DNA from: Raillietiella orientalis
Taxonomy: Eukaryota
Assembly: GCA_036172245.1 (NCBI GenBank)
Contig: JAYWIR010000044.1
Span: 1,240,001 to 1,304,000 of the forward strand
Direction: 5' to 3'
Length of the DNA stretch: 64,000 nt
How positions within the stretch are numbered: position 1 is the first letter of the stretch; every line of letters starts with the position of its first letter. The notes beneath the pieces are model-generated. The model ran no database searches and was not told where the DNA came from. It saw only the letters and a program-made list of their open reading frames with translations. Positions 1 through 13,499 of the stretch are shown piece by piece. Position numbers and translations under genes: made by a program.

Positions 1-399
1 TGCTCGAACAGCATGGAGCCCAACGGGGCGACCTAAGAATACGCGGCGAGCGATTTGAAATCGGAGCGCCAGAGTTTTCGAGGAACAAGGTGCAATGTAT
101 AAATTGTGGAAAGGGAAGAGAGCAAACCACTTTAGTAGACTGGAAACCACTTTAGTAGAAACCAGTTCAGTAAGCGCTTGTATAACGAGGGGAATGCGTT
201 CCGCTTTATCCGAGCCCTGTGGACAATATGATAGTATTTATGAAAGATGTGAAGAGAATCTTGAACGTTGTATCGGTCAAAAAAAAATTTTATAAAAGTG
301 AAATTCTAATGAAAAATAACAAAACTTTAAATTATCATGTTTTTCTATGCTTTTTTTTTTTTTAAAAAAAAAAAAAGAAAAACATCTCAGCTGCTTCAT

Positions 400-1000
400 A
401 CCACAAAACAATTTTATCCACAGAGTTGTGTGAGGCGGTTTTGCCGCATTACGAGGAGGCTGCTTTCGAGCCACGAGAGCTGGTTTCCGCCAATTGGTCC
501 GTGTGTGATAGAACCTGGATTGCATAGGAAAAGTTTTTTTTTTTTGGAATTAGGGTTTTCTTCCCTCAGCCATCTTCATCCGAGAACTGACTTTAGCCGC
601 TTCGACGCCACGCTCTAACGAAGGAGTCGGGTCAGCCGGGGAACAGAACGACGGTGCTGTGACGAGCTCCCCCTTTGCCCCTTGCATGATCCCGGCGAAA
701 TCAGCTCCGGGATACGGAGCTGATTTCGCGAGAGATCGAGACGAGCGTGGTCAATCGAGACCAGCGGCGAGGCATTTAGGTCGAGCGTCGGCTGCGGTAA
801 GGATGCTTACTTTCGTCCTGGGGCTTTGTTTCTCTGCAATCCTTTCAGAAGAAGTTCGTGGTTAAAGAATTTTTTCACTCTTCCTCTATTTTCTAGCTTC
901 TCTGTCGTGGACTTTTCAGCCTGAGGAACAATGAGGTGTGTATTCTGCTTGCGGGGTGCCGCTTCAAACGAGAGATCAGGATGGGGGAAGGAAGCAGAAA
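400..1000 (+). mobile_element. Possible decayed hAT transposase C-terminal fragment
   Basis: Plus frame near 864-940 reads KNFFTLPLFSSFSVVDFSA*GTMR, resembling the hAT dimerisation motif (LxxPxSSxxxERxFSxxG). Interrupted by stops; boundaries approximate. Confidence 0.3.
695..729. repeat. Perfect 15-bp inverted repeat (hairpin) with 5-nt loop
   Basis: gcgaaatcagctccg-ggata-cggagctgatttcgc. Confidence 0.9.
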
Positions 1001-1619
1001 CTCCCCAGATACGTCTTTTGGAGTTCCACATGCCTTCTCATTTTGAAGATTTAGCTCTTCGCTGCTCTTCATGGTCAGTTAGGGCTCAGAAATCGAATAA
1101 ATATCGAAGAGCGGTTCGAAATTTTCCCGGCAGCCCTTACTATTGCTGACAGATCAGAAGTGCTGTAGTCTCTCTCTTAGAGGGAGACAACTCGGGCAAT
1201 CCCCTCGAAGAGAGATCGAGCTCTCGCGCCGCTCCCGGATTTTCACAAATTCCTCCTTGAGCAGTCCCGAGGCAACACAGGGAGATTGCGGACCCTCAAT
1301 GCAAACAGACCCACGAACTCGTTCCCAGAAGAAGGAAGAAATCGTATGCAAACATAACAGGAAAAGGGAAGGAGGGAGAACAAAAAAAGAAAAAGAAAGG
1401 GGGGGGAAAAAAAATGAGGGACATTGCAGCTGTTTCGTGGCAGGAAGTGAAGCTAATCTAGCGTGACTTACCCACCCACAGGCCTTACGAAGACTTTCCT
1501 GCTGACCAACATCGCAAAGCAGGTTTAGCAGTAATGAAGTCGGTACCGTCACGAGCAAATGATAGAAGAGGAGGAATTTCGCACGATTTCTGACCATCCC
1601 CCAATCAGGACACCAGTCA

Positions 1620-2590
1620 GTATCTACTTTCTTTCCTGACGAGCCTGCAGCTGACGCAGTTTATTTTATCGGAGGCGTTGGCCCAGCCTGTGTTTCGACC
1701 GTGTGTCAAGGGAGTGCTGTACTTTGAAACACGTTCTTTCTTTCTGGCGGTTCTCCTCTTGGCTCCGACAGACCTTCGAGCACCTCGCCTTCGTTCTTTT
1801 GTTCTGCAGCTCCAAGAATGCTGAGACCGCCTCCAGCCGTGACGGCGGGATGTATTTGAAGGAGAATAGGAGAATGAATCACTGATATTTTTTTTTCCTT
1901 TCGCTGCCTCAGCTATTCCAAAGCCACCAGTCGACAGTGGGCGCAGATTCCAGCACAAGCACCCTTCCTTCGCCCTGGAACACCACTAGTGAGTCAGGTG
2001 AAAGTTTCGAATCCATGAGCCGTTCTGATCTGGTCTACCATTTTATCGTGTCCTTCGGTGATCACCGCCGGGTCATTGCTTATGTGGCGACTGAGGATGC
2101 ACTGAAGCGACTGTTCCTCCACCGTACGGCCTCCTTCACGTAGTGGCCACGTCATCTGCAGTGGAGCACCCTCTCTCAGACAACACCTTGAGCTGCAAAT
2201 CTCGAGTCTCTCATGGAACAGACAGTGTGCTGGCAGAGCTATTCCGCTCAAGGCGTGGCCTCCCGTGCTTTGTGATGAGATACAGAGATCCTTCCTCACG
2301 TTGGATGGTGCACAGACTATGCACCGATCGACGTTCGATATCCAAATGTGATCTTTCGCTTCAGTTGGATTTATTGATGCTCCTTTGAATTGATGCATGC
2401 TTGTCAGTCTACCGTCCGGATTTTCTGCGAAATCTCGGATCGCGTGAAATCCCTTGGCGTAGGTTTGCTGTCGCAACACTGATGACCTTCGAAAAGAAAT
2501 TCGTCTCTGGACTGAACATTTCGGCATTCCACCTGAACACCCTGGAAGTGCTCCCATGGATAATGAATAACTCGCTCCTTCCCTCAAATG
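1620..2590 (+). mobile_element. Possible decayed hAT transposase fragment
   Basis: Plus frame reads VGWCTDYAPIDVRYPNVIFRFSWIY*CSFELMHACQSTVRIFCEIS...SKRNSSL, resembling W..YP.l..lA...P...ERiFS...RN.L. Heavily degenerate. Confidence 0.35.
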
Positions 2591-2959
2591 TTAGCATTCG
2601 ACCCTAGTGATATTGCACTGGGGACTCCGATGCCATGCGCACCGTTACCATTTAAACTTGGTTACGCAGGAGCGGGTCTCTCCCCCCAAAAAGAAACAAA
2701 CAAGCGACGTGACCGGCAAATCCGCTGGCCTACGAAAATTCCAGGGATGGAGAAAACAAAGAAAGAAAAATCACCGTCTCACAGACCGGCTATATACAGG
2801 GATAGGGTGGGTGCAGAGGCGGGAAAATAAATAAATAAATAAAAGACGAGAAGAGACAGCGGTCGCCGGTCACTCTCCATGTCTTCTGGAACCTACTTGC
2901 GAAGAACGCGGAGTCCTTCTTAACTATGGTATCTTTCAAAGGTCATTTTTTTCCCACAT

Positions 2960-4420
2960 TCTTCACGACCGAGGAGTTGAGATCTATGGACCTTCTTCCT
3001 TGCTGGCGCTCCTACTCAGTGCCACGATCCTCTTGACTTTATAAAAAATTGGGCCATCGGGGAAGCAGGCAGAAACCCGTTCCCGGTGAAGCAGAATTTC
3101 AGCAGCTCTTCCGAGGTGTCTTCTGATCGAAGTACAGCCAGCCGCGAAACACTTCTTCACGCTCACATTTCAACAGCAGGTGTGCAAAAGTTCCCTTTTT
3201 TGTGTAGCTGGGGCAGTTCGGGAAGCTTCGTGCTGGCAGTGGGTGACGCCTCAATAGCCGTCTGGCCCGTCTTCCAAGAACACACCAGCTTCGTCGCTCC
3301 TGCCATGTCATCCATCCCTGCCTATTGGCAACCGGCAGGAGCGCATGATTCGAAACTTGATGATCGTTCCTCTCCAGAGGAGAGTATAAAACTGTGACTG
3401 GGGGAGGAGGGGAGGGCAAGCAGCGGCTCGAACCACTTCTTCAGATCCCTTTCAGCTCCCTCCAGGAAGATTGCTTCCAGGTGGTGTAGATCGAAGGTCT
3501 CAACTGTGCACTGAATGTTCGTGAAGCAGATTCATGTCTCCACTGCTTCCTGTCGCCAAGCTGCTCCACTACTGAGCGCGGAGAACCGTAGAGCCACACT
3601 CTGTCAGGTGCAGGAATTAGAATCCTGTCCATACCTTTCAGTGACTTGTGTTGCTCTTCAGAGATTACAGGACTGAGGACTCCGGATGCCACAACGTTTT
3701 TGCACGCTCCTCTCTATCCCGGCGTGCAGCTCCAGCAACATCTTGAAGCTCCTGTTTGTGAGGAAAGCCATGCCGCTCTCTGATGTTTGCGCATCCTCGT
3801 TGCTGCTAACAACAAAGCTCAAACAGGAAAGGATGCCTCCCACTTCACAATCCTCTTCCTGTGGATCGCAACGAGATGGCTTCACCTAGGACGTCATCAG
3901 GAGAAACTTTTCGACATACTGCATGGGGCGCAGAAGACTCAGCGGAACGGCAGTGACTCCTTTCCTCGCCCGCGAGTCAAAGGAACAATTGTTCTTGTTT
4001 ATGTTGTTCCTCTTCTCCCTTTACTCCCGTCCGTCCAGCTTGTGGACCTCGTCGGCACTCCCTAAAGAACTATCGGACCCAGCGGAATTCTTGTTCTGAC
4101 CTGTTTGCACATTCATTTTCAAAATGTACTCTCTGGGGTGACCCGGTGAAAGCGTACCGCCCAGATCCTGTCGCTGCCGCCACGGAGTCTCTTGAATTTT
4201 TCTTTGATCAGTCCAGGCACAGCTCCTTCAAACCTTGATCCGTCAATGATGTACCACAATCCCTCTTTCATCGCCGAGTATTTAGGTATTTCGGGATAAT
4301 TTCTGCATTTCGGCATGTGACCTCCATCCCTGCGGGAATGGGCATTGTCAGATTTGCTCATGGTATCCGCTGGTTCGAACAGTGTGGTCCAGAAGATCTG
4401 CTGAATGCTGGAGCACGCCA
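2960..4420 (-). mobile_element. Decayed hAT transposase (C-terminal half)
   Basis: Motifs in hAT order: FKMLLELHAGI (post-TRW region), ISEEQHKSLKGMDRILIP (LSxEEWxxLxxLxxLLxP), then PELPQLHKKGNFCTPA / SVKKCFAAGCTSIRRHLGRAAEILL (dimerisation domain). Frameshifted. Confidence 0.5.
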
Positions 4421-4689
4421 TCTCTTCTCTGATGTGCTCTACTTAACATTGATGTATCATGGCTCTTCGAGCATCTTACTATTCCTTAATCTCTAGGCTT
4501 CAAAAGACCCAACGACGAACACTAATGCATACGTAGGCACTCCTTTGTGGAAGAATTGGGGCACGATCTTTCTGAGCCCTTGTTCTTCTTCCGCAACTGA
4601 AGCAGAGTTCACGAAGGAGACAGCGACACTCAGCAGTGAACGTCACTGCTGGCTCTGAAGCACTGATTCTGTTTGGAGCTTTGAGTCAA

Positions 4690-6250
4690 TCCCAGAGACA
4701 CTCTGGATGGAGATTACCAGCTCTCAGCGTTTCTGAGAAACTACCGGGCTGAGAGTTCATCTTCACTTTCGGTGATTGGACTGGAGAGGTAGTTGCGGAA
4801 GTGCTTAAGCGCCCTCTCACACCACACATCTGCAGATCCGATCCATTCCACTCCTGATGGACGCTAACTGTCTCGGCAACAACCGGCAAACCCCAAGTGC
4901 GCCCCACCGAATGAAAAGAATGCCCGCGAACTCGCGTTACGTTTTAATACGGACGATGTCTTTTCCTTTCTCTGTATCTCTCTTCCTTGGTTAGGATGAA
5001 CGTAGAATGGGGGTCGATTTTTGCCTTCTTCCGAGGGAAGCTGCACTCTGCACTCTAAGGTTTGTGCTGTTCAAGAGTCCATGTTGGCGCTTTATCCGAC
5101 AGGAAGCTTGTCTGACCAATGTCCAAGTCTTCTGGATGTCGCTGATGACTTGATTAAACTCCCTCCCGCCTGCTCCAGGCATGCCTTTCACAAATTCATC
5201 TTCCGTTGGAGATTTTTCAAGCCTCTTTTCATCAGCGAAGGCAAACCTCTCCAGTATAAACAGGTTGCACCTGGAGAACCTAAGAATTCAAAGGCGACCA
5301 TTCAGTCCGCAATGGCCGGCCTCATCCGCTACATGTCTGATCCGTTATGACTTTCTTGTCTGCCCATCGCATCGGTGCAGAACTCTTTGGCATCTTTTCT
5401 TGTTGTCCCGTTCATAAAGCCTCGATTTCGTGCAGACGCGCCATCCGAGAACTTTCCCCGCCAGATGGTCGATGCTGTTGAGGGATTTTTGCCTGAGCTG
5501 ATGGGTTTGCGACGCTGGTTCAGGCCACGATGCTGGAAGTAGACGTCTCTCCACTCTCGCCTGCAGGAGAAGTCACGTTACGCGAGGGGCTTATCTCATG
5601 AGGAACTGCTTCTCGACCCTTTTGTGATGTTTGCTTGCGACGAATGGAAAAAAATGAAACACCTTCTGCTTGCAGAGGACGTGGGAAGAGAGCAGCGTAT
5701 TTAATATTGCGAGCTACAAGTCTTGAAACTTGATGACTGCGGGAAAGCATTGTCAATATGACCCTCGTAGGAGGATCAGCGTGCAAAGACTGGCTCCACC
5801 TGACTACAATTGGCTTTTTCTTCACTGGAAGCCTTCGACCTCAGATGTACTGCCCAGAGGCGCTTCTGGACGGCCTATCCAACTGAAATCTATTCCAAGC
5901 AGCTGTAATCGGTTTAATAATAATCTTCGAGACGCATCGAGATCAGCCACATGATTTCGTGTTCTGAACCAGGCTCCGCGAGTTGGTCTCCAGTGAGCAC
6001 GCCCCTAGGATAAACCAAAAAAGACGCGGAACGGACAATTTGCAGGAGTGCCGGGTCTCTTGCGAATCGGAACGGCAGGTCGCGTCGCAGCATGAAATGG
6101 GATGCAGCATCTTCTCTAAAACTCCATCTCACAGCCTCCTCCGCTGCAGAAGTATCGTGGAAAACCTGCTTAGGGTTTTTGCAATTTTGCTTCCTTTCCT
6201 TCTGCCGGCTCAGAGCACTCAAAGAATCCCACACGTATCTGGAGTCTAGA
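4690..6250 (-). mobile_element. Decayed hAT transposase
   Basis: N-terminal DAASHFMLRRDLPFRFARDPALLQIV (AxFFxxxxLPFxxxxxPxF) and C-terminal HQEWNGSDLQMCGVRGRLSTSATTS (WWxxxGxxxLQxxAxRxLS) in the expected order. Confidence 0.55.
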
Positions 6251-6479
6251 TACTCTGACTATTTCGTTGCAGCTCCAGACTTCGAGATCGAAAAGCGGTG
6301 CCAATAGTGCCCCTGGAAACAGACATAATCAAGCAGACCAGTCAAGCAAAGGAAGCTGCTGCTGCCCAGACTCTGGCAAAGGAAGCGACGCTCAAGAGTG
6401 CACGAGCAGCCAAAGTCGCGTCACGAGGCTGCGTGGCTTCCTTGGTGGAAATGGTGATTTCTTGGACGTGGACGGAACC

Positions 6480-7560
6480 GTTGGTCCATACGTCGCCTCA
6501 CAGCACCCGGTTCATCAGATGCCACGCATAGACAAAGTCCTCGTATTCTTTCTCATCTTGGCCACTGCTGTTGCTACAGGTGGTGGAGGATAGACAGAGG
6601 TTGGAGGCAACCAGAAAGCACGAGGAAGTGAACATCCTATGAGCGAGTATTGCCGAGCGCCATTGTGCAGCTGGAATGTGTCCAGACTTGCTGCACCAAG
6701 ACAACATGCAACCCGTGGAAGCAAGTCGACCAAAGAGATTTTACTGTCCTACCGGTAAGATGGTTGCGTGCTGGCAGCGAGGGAAGAGAACGGAGGCGTC
6801 GACCAAGAATCCGAAGAACTGAAAACTTCTTCGGAGAGCTCCAGAAAGCTGGATCGAGCTCTGAACATTTTGTTTAACCCAGGAACTCCACGTTTCACCT
6901 AGCCTACGAAGCCATGTCCAAAGACTGTAGACGTCCATCGTAGGCTAGTCGCATCCTGGTTAGGAGGCATTGGTTACCGCCTCAATCCGGCTGCTTTCCA
7001 ATGCTGATGCAGGAAAATCCTTCTTCTCTTCTTTTCAGCAGTGCAAGAGAATTCCTATGGCTCAATGAGCGATCTCGCATTTCTCCACAGGGATCTGGAT
7101 GCTCTTGTGCCTCAATGTCCCTAAGGGAGTATTTTCAGGTGATCGGAATGGGTCGGAAAGAAGCGAAGCAACGAGACGTCTTCCACAGTTTGAAGCTTTG
7201 TCTCTTTTATCTGACCACTCCCAAAACGTCGCTTCTAGCCGCCAAAACTCAAGGAGCCGGTCTCGCTGGTTTAACTCAGCAAAGTTCCCGAAGAGGTGGC
7301 CGACTGCGAGTTCCGGCCAAAAGTGGATCCAGAACGCGGAAAGCAGCTATGAAGGGCCCTTCTTTTTAAAGCAGCTGCGCCGCCTTCCTCTTTCTCGCTC
7401 AGAAACGTATCCCTGAGACCATTGGCGTCTGGTGGGACGCATCTTGATAGGAAGGTGTTGCCAACGTTGGCACTATCGGAAACTCCTCTTCTAAGGCTCT
7501 ATCCGATCTTGCAGTATTGCCTCCGCTGACAAATCTACCCATTTCCTTTAGATTCTGAAG
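6480..7560 (-). mobile_element. Decayed hAT transposase fragment
   Basis: LSWCSKSGHIPAAQWRSAILAHRMFTSS...EDFVYAWHLMN resembles the hAT dimerisation domain. Upstream LLRFFPTHS / RHKSIQIP region shares nucleotide homology with the plus-strand relic at about 8730-8870. Confidence 0.5.
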
Positions 7561-7949
7561 CCACCTATCTATGCCCTCGTCTTCAAGTGTGCCGGCTAAG
7601 AATCTTCAGCGGTGGCTGCGAGTCTGTCTGCGCGCGGCACCCGGAACATTTTCGATTTCGAGACCGCAACCCACGCTCATCAATTTTTGGTGAAGACAAC
7701 GAGAATGTTGAGTACGAGGCAAACCGCGCGCAAGGGTGGCTCAGGTCAAGGAGAACATCTATTAACCAGCTAGCAACGAAAGCGGCGCGTAAGGAGTGCT
7801 CCAACCACGGAAGCCGCGTCACGAAACTTCATTGCCACCGGGCCGGGAGGGGCGACCCCATGGAATACTCGTCACCGTGCGAACTACCGATCTCCAAGCT
7901 GCCCTTTGAACGCCCGATTCGCGAAAGGGCAGGATTTCGAGGAGAACCT

Positions 7950-9560
7950 AAGTTTGTAGATGTAGGCAGTGCCAGCCCTGAGAGAAGCCAGAGAAGAAGT
8001 CTGTTTATTAGGTCGGTCTGTTCGAAGATGTGGATTTGTGCGTCATCCGTGCTGTGTGTGGGGCCGCAGTGCTGAAAGGTTTTTTCCCAGCAAGGTGAAC
8101 ATCGCTTCCGTGCTTTTAGCTACGAGTGACCGCGAATCGAGCCCCCTGTGTTACCATGGAAAAGCGATCCATTTCATGCTTCCAACATCGAAGGAAAACT
8201 GCTTTCTAGATCTACTCAGGAATGCAAGACAACTGCGGGCATTATGCTCACGAATACCTGCACCTGGGAATGCTGAGTTCCCGAGGCACATTCTTTCTGT
8301 TTCGATGAACTCCACCCCACTATTCAGAAATCTTCAGTTCCCTCACTGCTCGGCTGCTCGCAGGATCCCAGTATTTCCGGGATGCCTTCGGGATCTGATC
8401 ACCGGTTCATGAAGCCTTTCACACGCGCATCACGCTTTCAATACAGGCACAGTGACTGAAAATGTTCCCCAGGCATTCCTGCCCGTACAGACGGTGGCGC
8501 CGTTCCCAGTGGACGATGCCCACGCAGTTGTTGGATTTAATTTCACGCCTCATGGAAGTATCTGTAACCTGCAAATGTGGGTCGAGCAGGAAACGCCGCC
8601 ACGCATAATGATGTCCAATTCGCAACATGGCACTTCCTTGACCTGGCTTTCGCTTTTTTTTGAAGTAAGGGACGTCCATGATGCCTCGAGTCGCAGTGTG
8701 CCTAGTCCCGAGAGATTTCGATTATTTGGAAACCTCCCTCAGCGGCATCGAGGCACAAGAGCATCCAGATCCCTGAGGAGAATCGCGAGATCGCTCAATG
8801 AGCCTTGCGACTTCTCTTGCGCCCTCTGAAAGAGAAGCAGGAGGATTGCAGCAGCGCCGGAAAGCAGCCGGCGGAGGTGCTTTCCTTGCTGCCATCCAGA
8901 GGCCGGTAGGTTTGTTGCAGTTTCCGTAGGTGGCTGCAGCCAAAACTCCAAGAGATCTTCTGTCAGAGTCTGTGGGCGCTCCTCCACCAACGGAAAGCAA
9001 GAAGAAAACGGAAGATCCAGGTACATGGAAGCGCAAATTTCGATTTTCAAATTAGATTTCGTGCTTTCCCTTTTTCTGCTTCTGTCAGGTCCATCGAGTC
9101 GCACCCCATCATCTGGGGCGAAGAAATGCATTCCCAACTGTCCAGAAGTGAAAGATGCAGTTCCCTTCCGTCCATCGCTCTCTTCAGTGCATCATCCGAT
9201 TTCCCCGACTGCTGGATCTCGACGAGCGAATCGGAGCATTCGATTCAGTTCCGGTCCGAGAATTCATCTTCGTCTCGGTGGCTGAAAGCACCGTAGGCGT
9301 TTCCATCTCTCCAATTCTCGACTTTGAAATGGCCGTTCAGGGACCACGAAATCATGCATCGCAATTTTGACGGGTGCTACCGTTGTTTTCCTGGCTGGCA
9401 GACTTCTTGTGTGCGTGGATCAGTATGCAAAAAGAAACGCCGCAGGCGTCTCGAGGAAAGAGCTCTGCGACTGTGTGGGCTTCCAAGTTTTTTGAAGGGT
9501 TCATTGGCTGCCAACCTGAAATGGGTAGACGCAACAGCGCGTCTTAAAGCGGGGAAGATG
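7950..9560 (+). mobile_element. Decayed hAT transposase
   Basis: AIHFMLPTSKENCFLDLL...RIPA (N-terminal part), RHKSIQIPEENREIAQ*ALRLLL (TRW-like region), and PGWQTSCVRGSVCKKKRRRRLEERALRLCGLPSFLKGS (dimerisation domain). Confidence 0.55.
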
Positions 9561-9949
9561 CAAACGTCTCGTTTCCAAAGAAGCTATACCCCTAATAACT
9601 TGGACTTGCATCTGACATGTGAATTAGCAAAATAGGAATCCAAATGTGATTCAAGGAATGAGTTCAACCTGATTCGTAGGCTGAGATCAGCCTTTTACAG
9701 CCTGCAAATGGTTCCTGCATTTTTTTTTAAAAGAGTCGTCTGCTGGTTGTCCGATTTTTCCTCGGCATCGTTCCCAAGGAGTTTGAAGAGAATTCCTGCT
9801 GCCTTGAATCGCCAGGCTGGAAGCTCTCGATGGAAACAGAAGAGGCAGTGCCATTCGAAAACCGGAAGGAAGCTTACGGGGAAAGACTTGTCAGAGATGA
9901 GATGGCGGGAAACCGACCTACGCACCTCTCCATGCATTAGAAATGCCCA

Positions 9950-12200
9950 GAAGAGGAAAACACACTGCTTCCAGGAGCTTTGCCGCACAAATGAGACACG
10001 AGAACACGTGATATCCAGAACTCTTCAGCAGGCTAATAGAGGCTCCAAGCACTTTTGGTTTAGGTGAACGGGAGCACTGTTCGAATCGGGAAATAATCGC
10101 TTCATCCCGAAACGCGTTGCATTTTGGATTTTGTATCATTTGCAAGCCCATCGCTAGACTTTTCCGGATCAGGCCTTGGAATTGCTTCGGACATACGATC
10201 GGATGCATTATGGATACCCATTACAAGATATTATTAAATAACGAGCCGAGGTATTCGTGCGGGCTTTCTGGATTGGATTGTGATCGCCTGCAGTGCATCA
10301 TCCCTCAGCATTTACATCAACGACTGTGTCTCCGCGGATTGATTCAGTCCGGATGACACTTCAGGGATCAATAAGTCCTTCGAAGATCCATGAACTCGGA
10401 CTCGAAAATCCTCTAGATATGCTTATGGAAATCTGGCAGAGATGTTCCAAATGTTATAGGGACCTTCGCTTATAGAGCGCATCCAGACTTCATCGTAAGA
10501 CGCAACCGATTTTGTTCCCCATCAACCTCATGACCTCGAAAGATTCGTCCAAAAGGGAAGATGGATACCAGTCCAAGGTCTGCAAGACTCTATTAGAATC
10601 TTTACAGCTCTGAAGCTCCAATGGCACAGCGCCGGACACCCAACAAAGGCTCTTCGGTCACGAAACTTTTCTTGCATGTCGAGCAAGATGCCCAGTGCTG
10701 TTTCCAATAGCGAAAAGCGTCCTCTTTTGAATGTCCCGGGACAACGTGAAGCAATTGAAGATTGCTCCCTGTGTCACCATTTTCCCTTTGTCTCATAACC
10801 AAGGCTCAGGATTCGCAGGGCAGCAGAGGATCTCACTCCAATCGGTGACCTTGGGACCCTGACGACCACAATAAGCAAGAGAGATGATGATGAACATGAT
10901 AAGGTAACCATTGAATACCTGTACAGAGAAAGAAGCAAAGGCTGCCTGGAAGTGATGAAGCTAGCCAAAGAGTTGGACATGTTCACCATCGAAAGTTGCT
11001 TCGATTTACTCACATCCCCGGACAACGCATTGAAGAGATTGGCCTAAGAGACACTAAACAACGTGCTCCAAAAGAGAATCCTTGAAACTCCAACAGATGA
11101 GAGCCTCGGGGACATCAATACGGACACTACCTCCAGAGAATTCGCACAGAGTGGCAAGGACGTCGAGAGTCTTTGGTCAAAAGGAAGAAAGGCCTCTAGA
11201 AGAACAAAATCACGCTGAAAATTTGCTGATGGGAAGCCCACCATAGTGGTCGATGCCATCATCTTCAGCAGCATCATGAGGAGGAAAGTCACCTCCGGCG
11301 TTAGAGCACTGCGAAGGGAACACGCGTGGCAATCCATAGTTCAAAAACACATCAGCTATGCAGTGTGAGGGCATGTACCACACCTCAGGCTTCTTCCTCA
11401 CCAATGGTGCTCACCTGAGATTTTGGAATTATAGATTCATTCACACAGACGGGCTAAACGACCTACCAGTCAGGGCAGGGCCTAGGATGAAACCAGAAGA
11501 ACGCGCGTGTCGGCTCTGCGGACAGATGACGAAACGTCGTCTCACATATTGAACAGATGCAGGATACTCTTTCATCTGTCCATTGCGCGACATGATGCGA
11601 TTCAAGAGATGATCACCAAGGCCGCAGTGGATAAGTGAAGTAGACCCTAGTGTCCACTAGCTAGAGAGATCCAGGAACGAATTCCCTCTGAAGACCGTAC
11701 ATAGTGATGAAAAAAGGAAACCGGTTCATTGTGCTGGGCGTCTGCTTCCCGTGCGAGGGTGGAGGTGAGGCGTTTAGCTCAGTTAAGAGAAAAAACGAAA
11801 AAATTTTAGGAAGTAGCCCTCCAGCTAGGCAGAGAGGGGAAGAAATGCAGGGTGCATGCATTCATCGTTGGCTCTTTAAAAACCTGGAATTCGGGTAACA
11901 AGGAAGTACTACAGGACTTTGGAATTCCAAAAAAGCACTTAGAGACTATGAGGCGCTGGGTTTGGTTTCGTCCATACAGTGCTCCAGCGGTGTCTATGCA
12001 GCCCACATCTTAAGAAGGACCGGCAAACAGATGCAGCAGGACAACCTCAGCGGTCAGCTCTCGCGAGACGAAGAATAGGAAACCGAGAAAGAGACATACC
12101 GAGTGGCGACGAGAGTCACAGATGAACAGAGCAGGAATTCCAGTAGAATGCCAAAAGCCCCCCTGTAACGTGTTATTTAATTGTAAAGCAAAACAACAAA
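9950..12200 (+). mobile_element. Decayed, 5'-truncated non-LTR retrotransposon of NeSL/Utopia type (R2 superfamily): RT thumb, CCHC knuckle and restriction-like endonuclease
   Basis: GAHLRFWNYRFIHTDGLNDLPV...CRLCG / ETSSHILNRC...ARHDAI (CCHC) and RPYIVMKKGNRFIVLGVCFPCEGGGEAF (RPD...DVxxPFExG). C-terminal SSIQCSSGVYAAHI and A-rich tail near 12190-12203. Multiple frameshifts. Confidence 0.85.
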
Positions 12201-12319
12201 AAGTTCATTGCGAAGCAACGCAAGAGAGTCAGATACCTCAGACAAGAAGTGAAGACGGCTCTAGCCTTTACATTATGGTGTCAATGCAGCAGAAGATCTA
12301 GAAGACCCTTATACGGTTC

Positions 12320-12650
12320 CATTGGGATCTCCTGTGCGACCCTTCCCAGTACCAATTGACCAGAGAAAGCATGGTCCTGAAATGTGCCAGCTTCGGAGAA
12401 GTGTGATCGTTCCCGTACCTGCTGGTGGATTGTGTTGTCCTCTGAAGAGTGTGCGAACGTTTTGCAACTGCCCTTCGACTCCTAGTGGGGGGCAACTCCA
12501 GCCCATGTGTGTTGAAGCGCCTCTTCGTGCGAAGTGCACGACCTGCTGTGGCCCTCGCAGGTCTGCTGCTACCGTGATATAGTTGCGAAAAAGCACAGCA
12601 CGATAACGACGCCATCTCTGTGACGATTCCTTCTTGTGGACACCGCCTCC
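12320..12650 (+). mobile_element. Possible N-terminal zinc-finger region of a further NeSL/Utopia-like element
   Basis: VIVPVPAGGLCCPLKSVRTF...(LKRL/EVH)...CC resembles the N-terminal xPxxxLxCPxxxCxxxF...LxRH finger of these elements. Degenerate. Confidence 0.3.
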
Positions 12651-13499
12651 TGGTGGAATGGCATTAGAAAGTTGCCAGCATCCTTTACAGGATGCGGAAG
12701 ATGCCAGGAGAATTCTAGTGAGACCTTTCCAGATTGATACATGTGTTATTTTGATCTCGGTCTTTCTTCACTGGCCCTACGGCTGGTCCCTCGTCAGCTT
12801 TTCAAGAATTGTTGGGACTTCGCAAGAACCTACTGCCACACCATGCATTTTTTTTTTAATTTTTCGTGTGTTTATTGTTTAATTTTGCAATAAACTTGCC
12901 AAGGTGATCGATCCACCTCACTTGCTAGCTCCTTGGAAGGTCGGCGGAATCGGCTGGCGTAGCGACACAAATGCCCTAAGGGGAAACCTTCACTACAAGC
13001 ATCGCTCCCTCCTTCTCGTTAGGTTAGGCTTCAGCTTCTTCTTGAGGCATTCCTTAGCTGCTTCAAGGGTGTGCACTCGGACATCTGAAGCCTTCGGAGT
13101 CGAGGGGACTCCTCCACCTGCCGCGAAAGGCAATGGATTCCAGTTGTCCAACGGTTCCCTTGCACCCTGCGTTCCACACTGGACCAACTCACCGCCCTTC
13201 GCACGCAGGAGAGAACGAATGACTTTTCGGTACACCCTACCTTTAACGATGGAGACCACCGTGGCTCGCACGTGGTCACGGTTCTCCAACAGGGAGGCAA
13301 CCAGTAACCGTAGAAGAGCAGACAGGGCTGTAAATGCAATGGGAGAGCCAAGAGGCGACCAATAATTCAAGAGGTCGGAAAGAATCCTCACAGACTTTCG
13401 CTTTCAAATTGTGGATTTTCAGAGCTGGCCGTATTCGGTCCTCAGCGAGAAACCAAATGAATTATAATTGCACGTCTTCTGTGATCTTCACAAAGTAAA

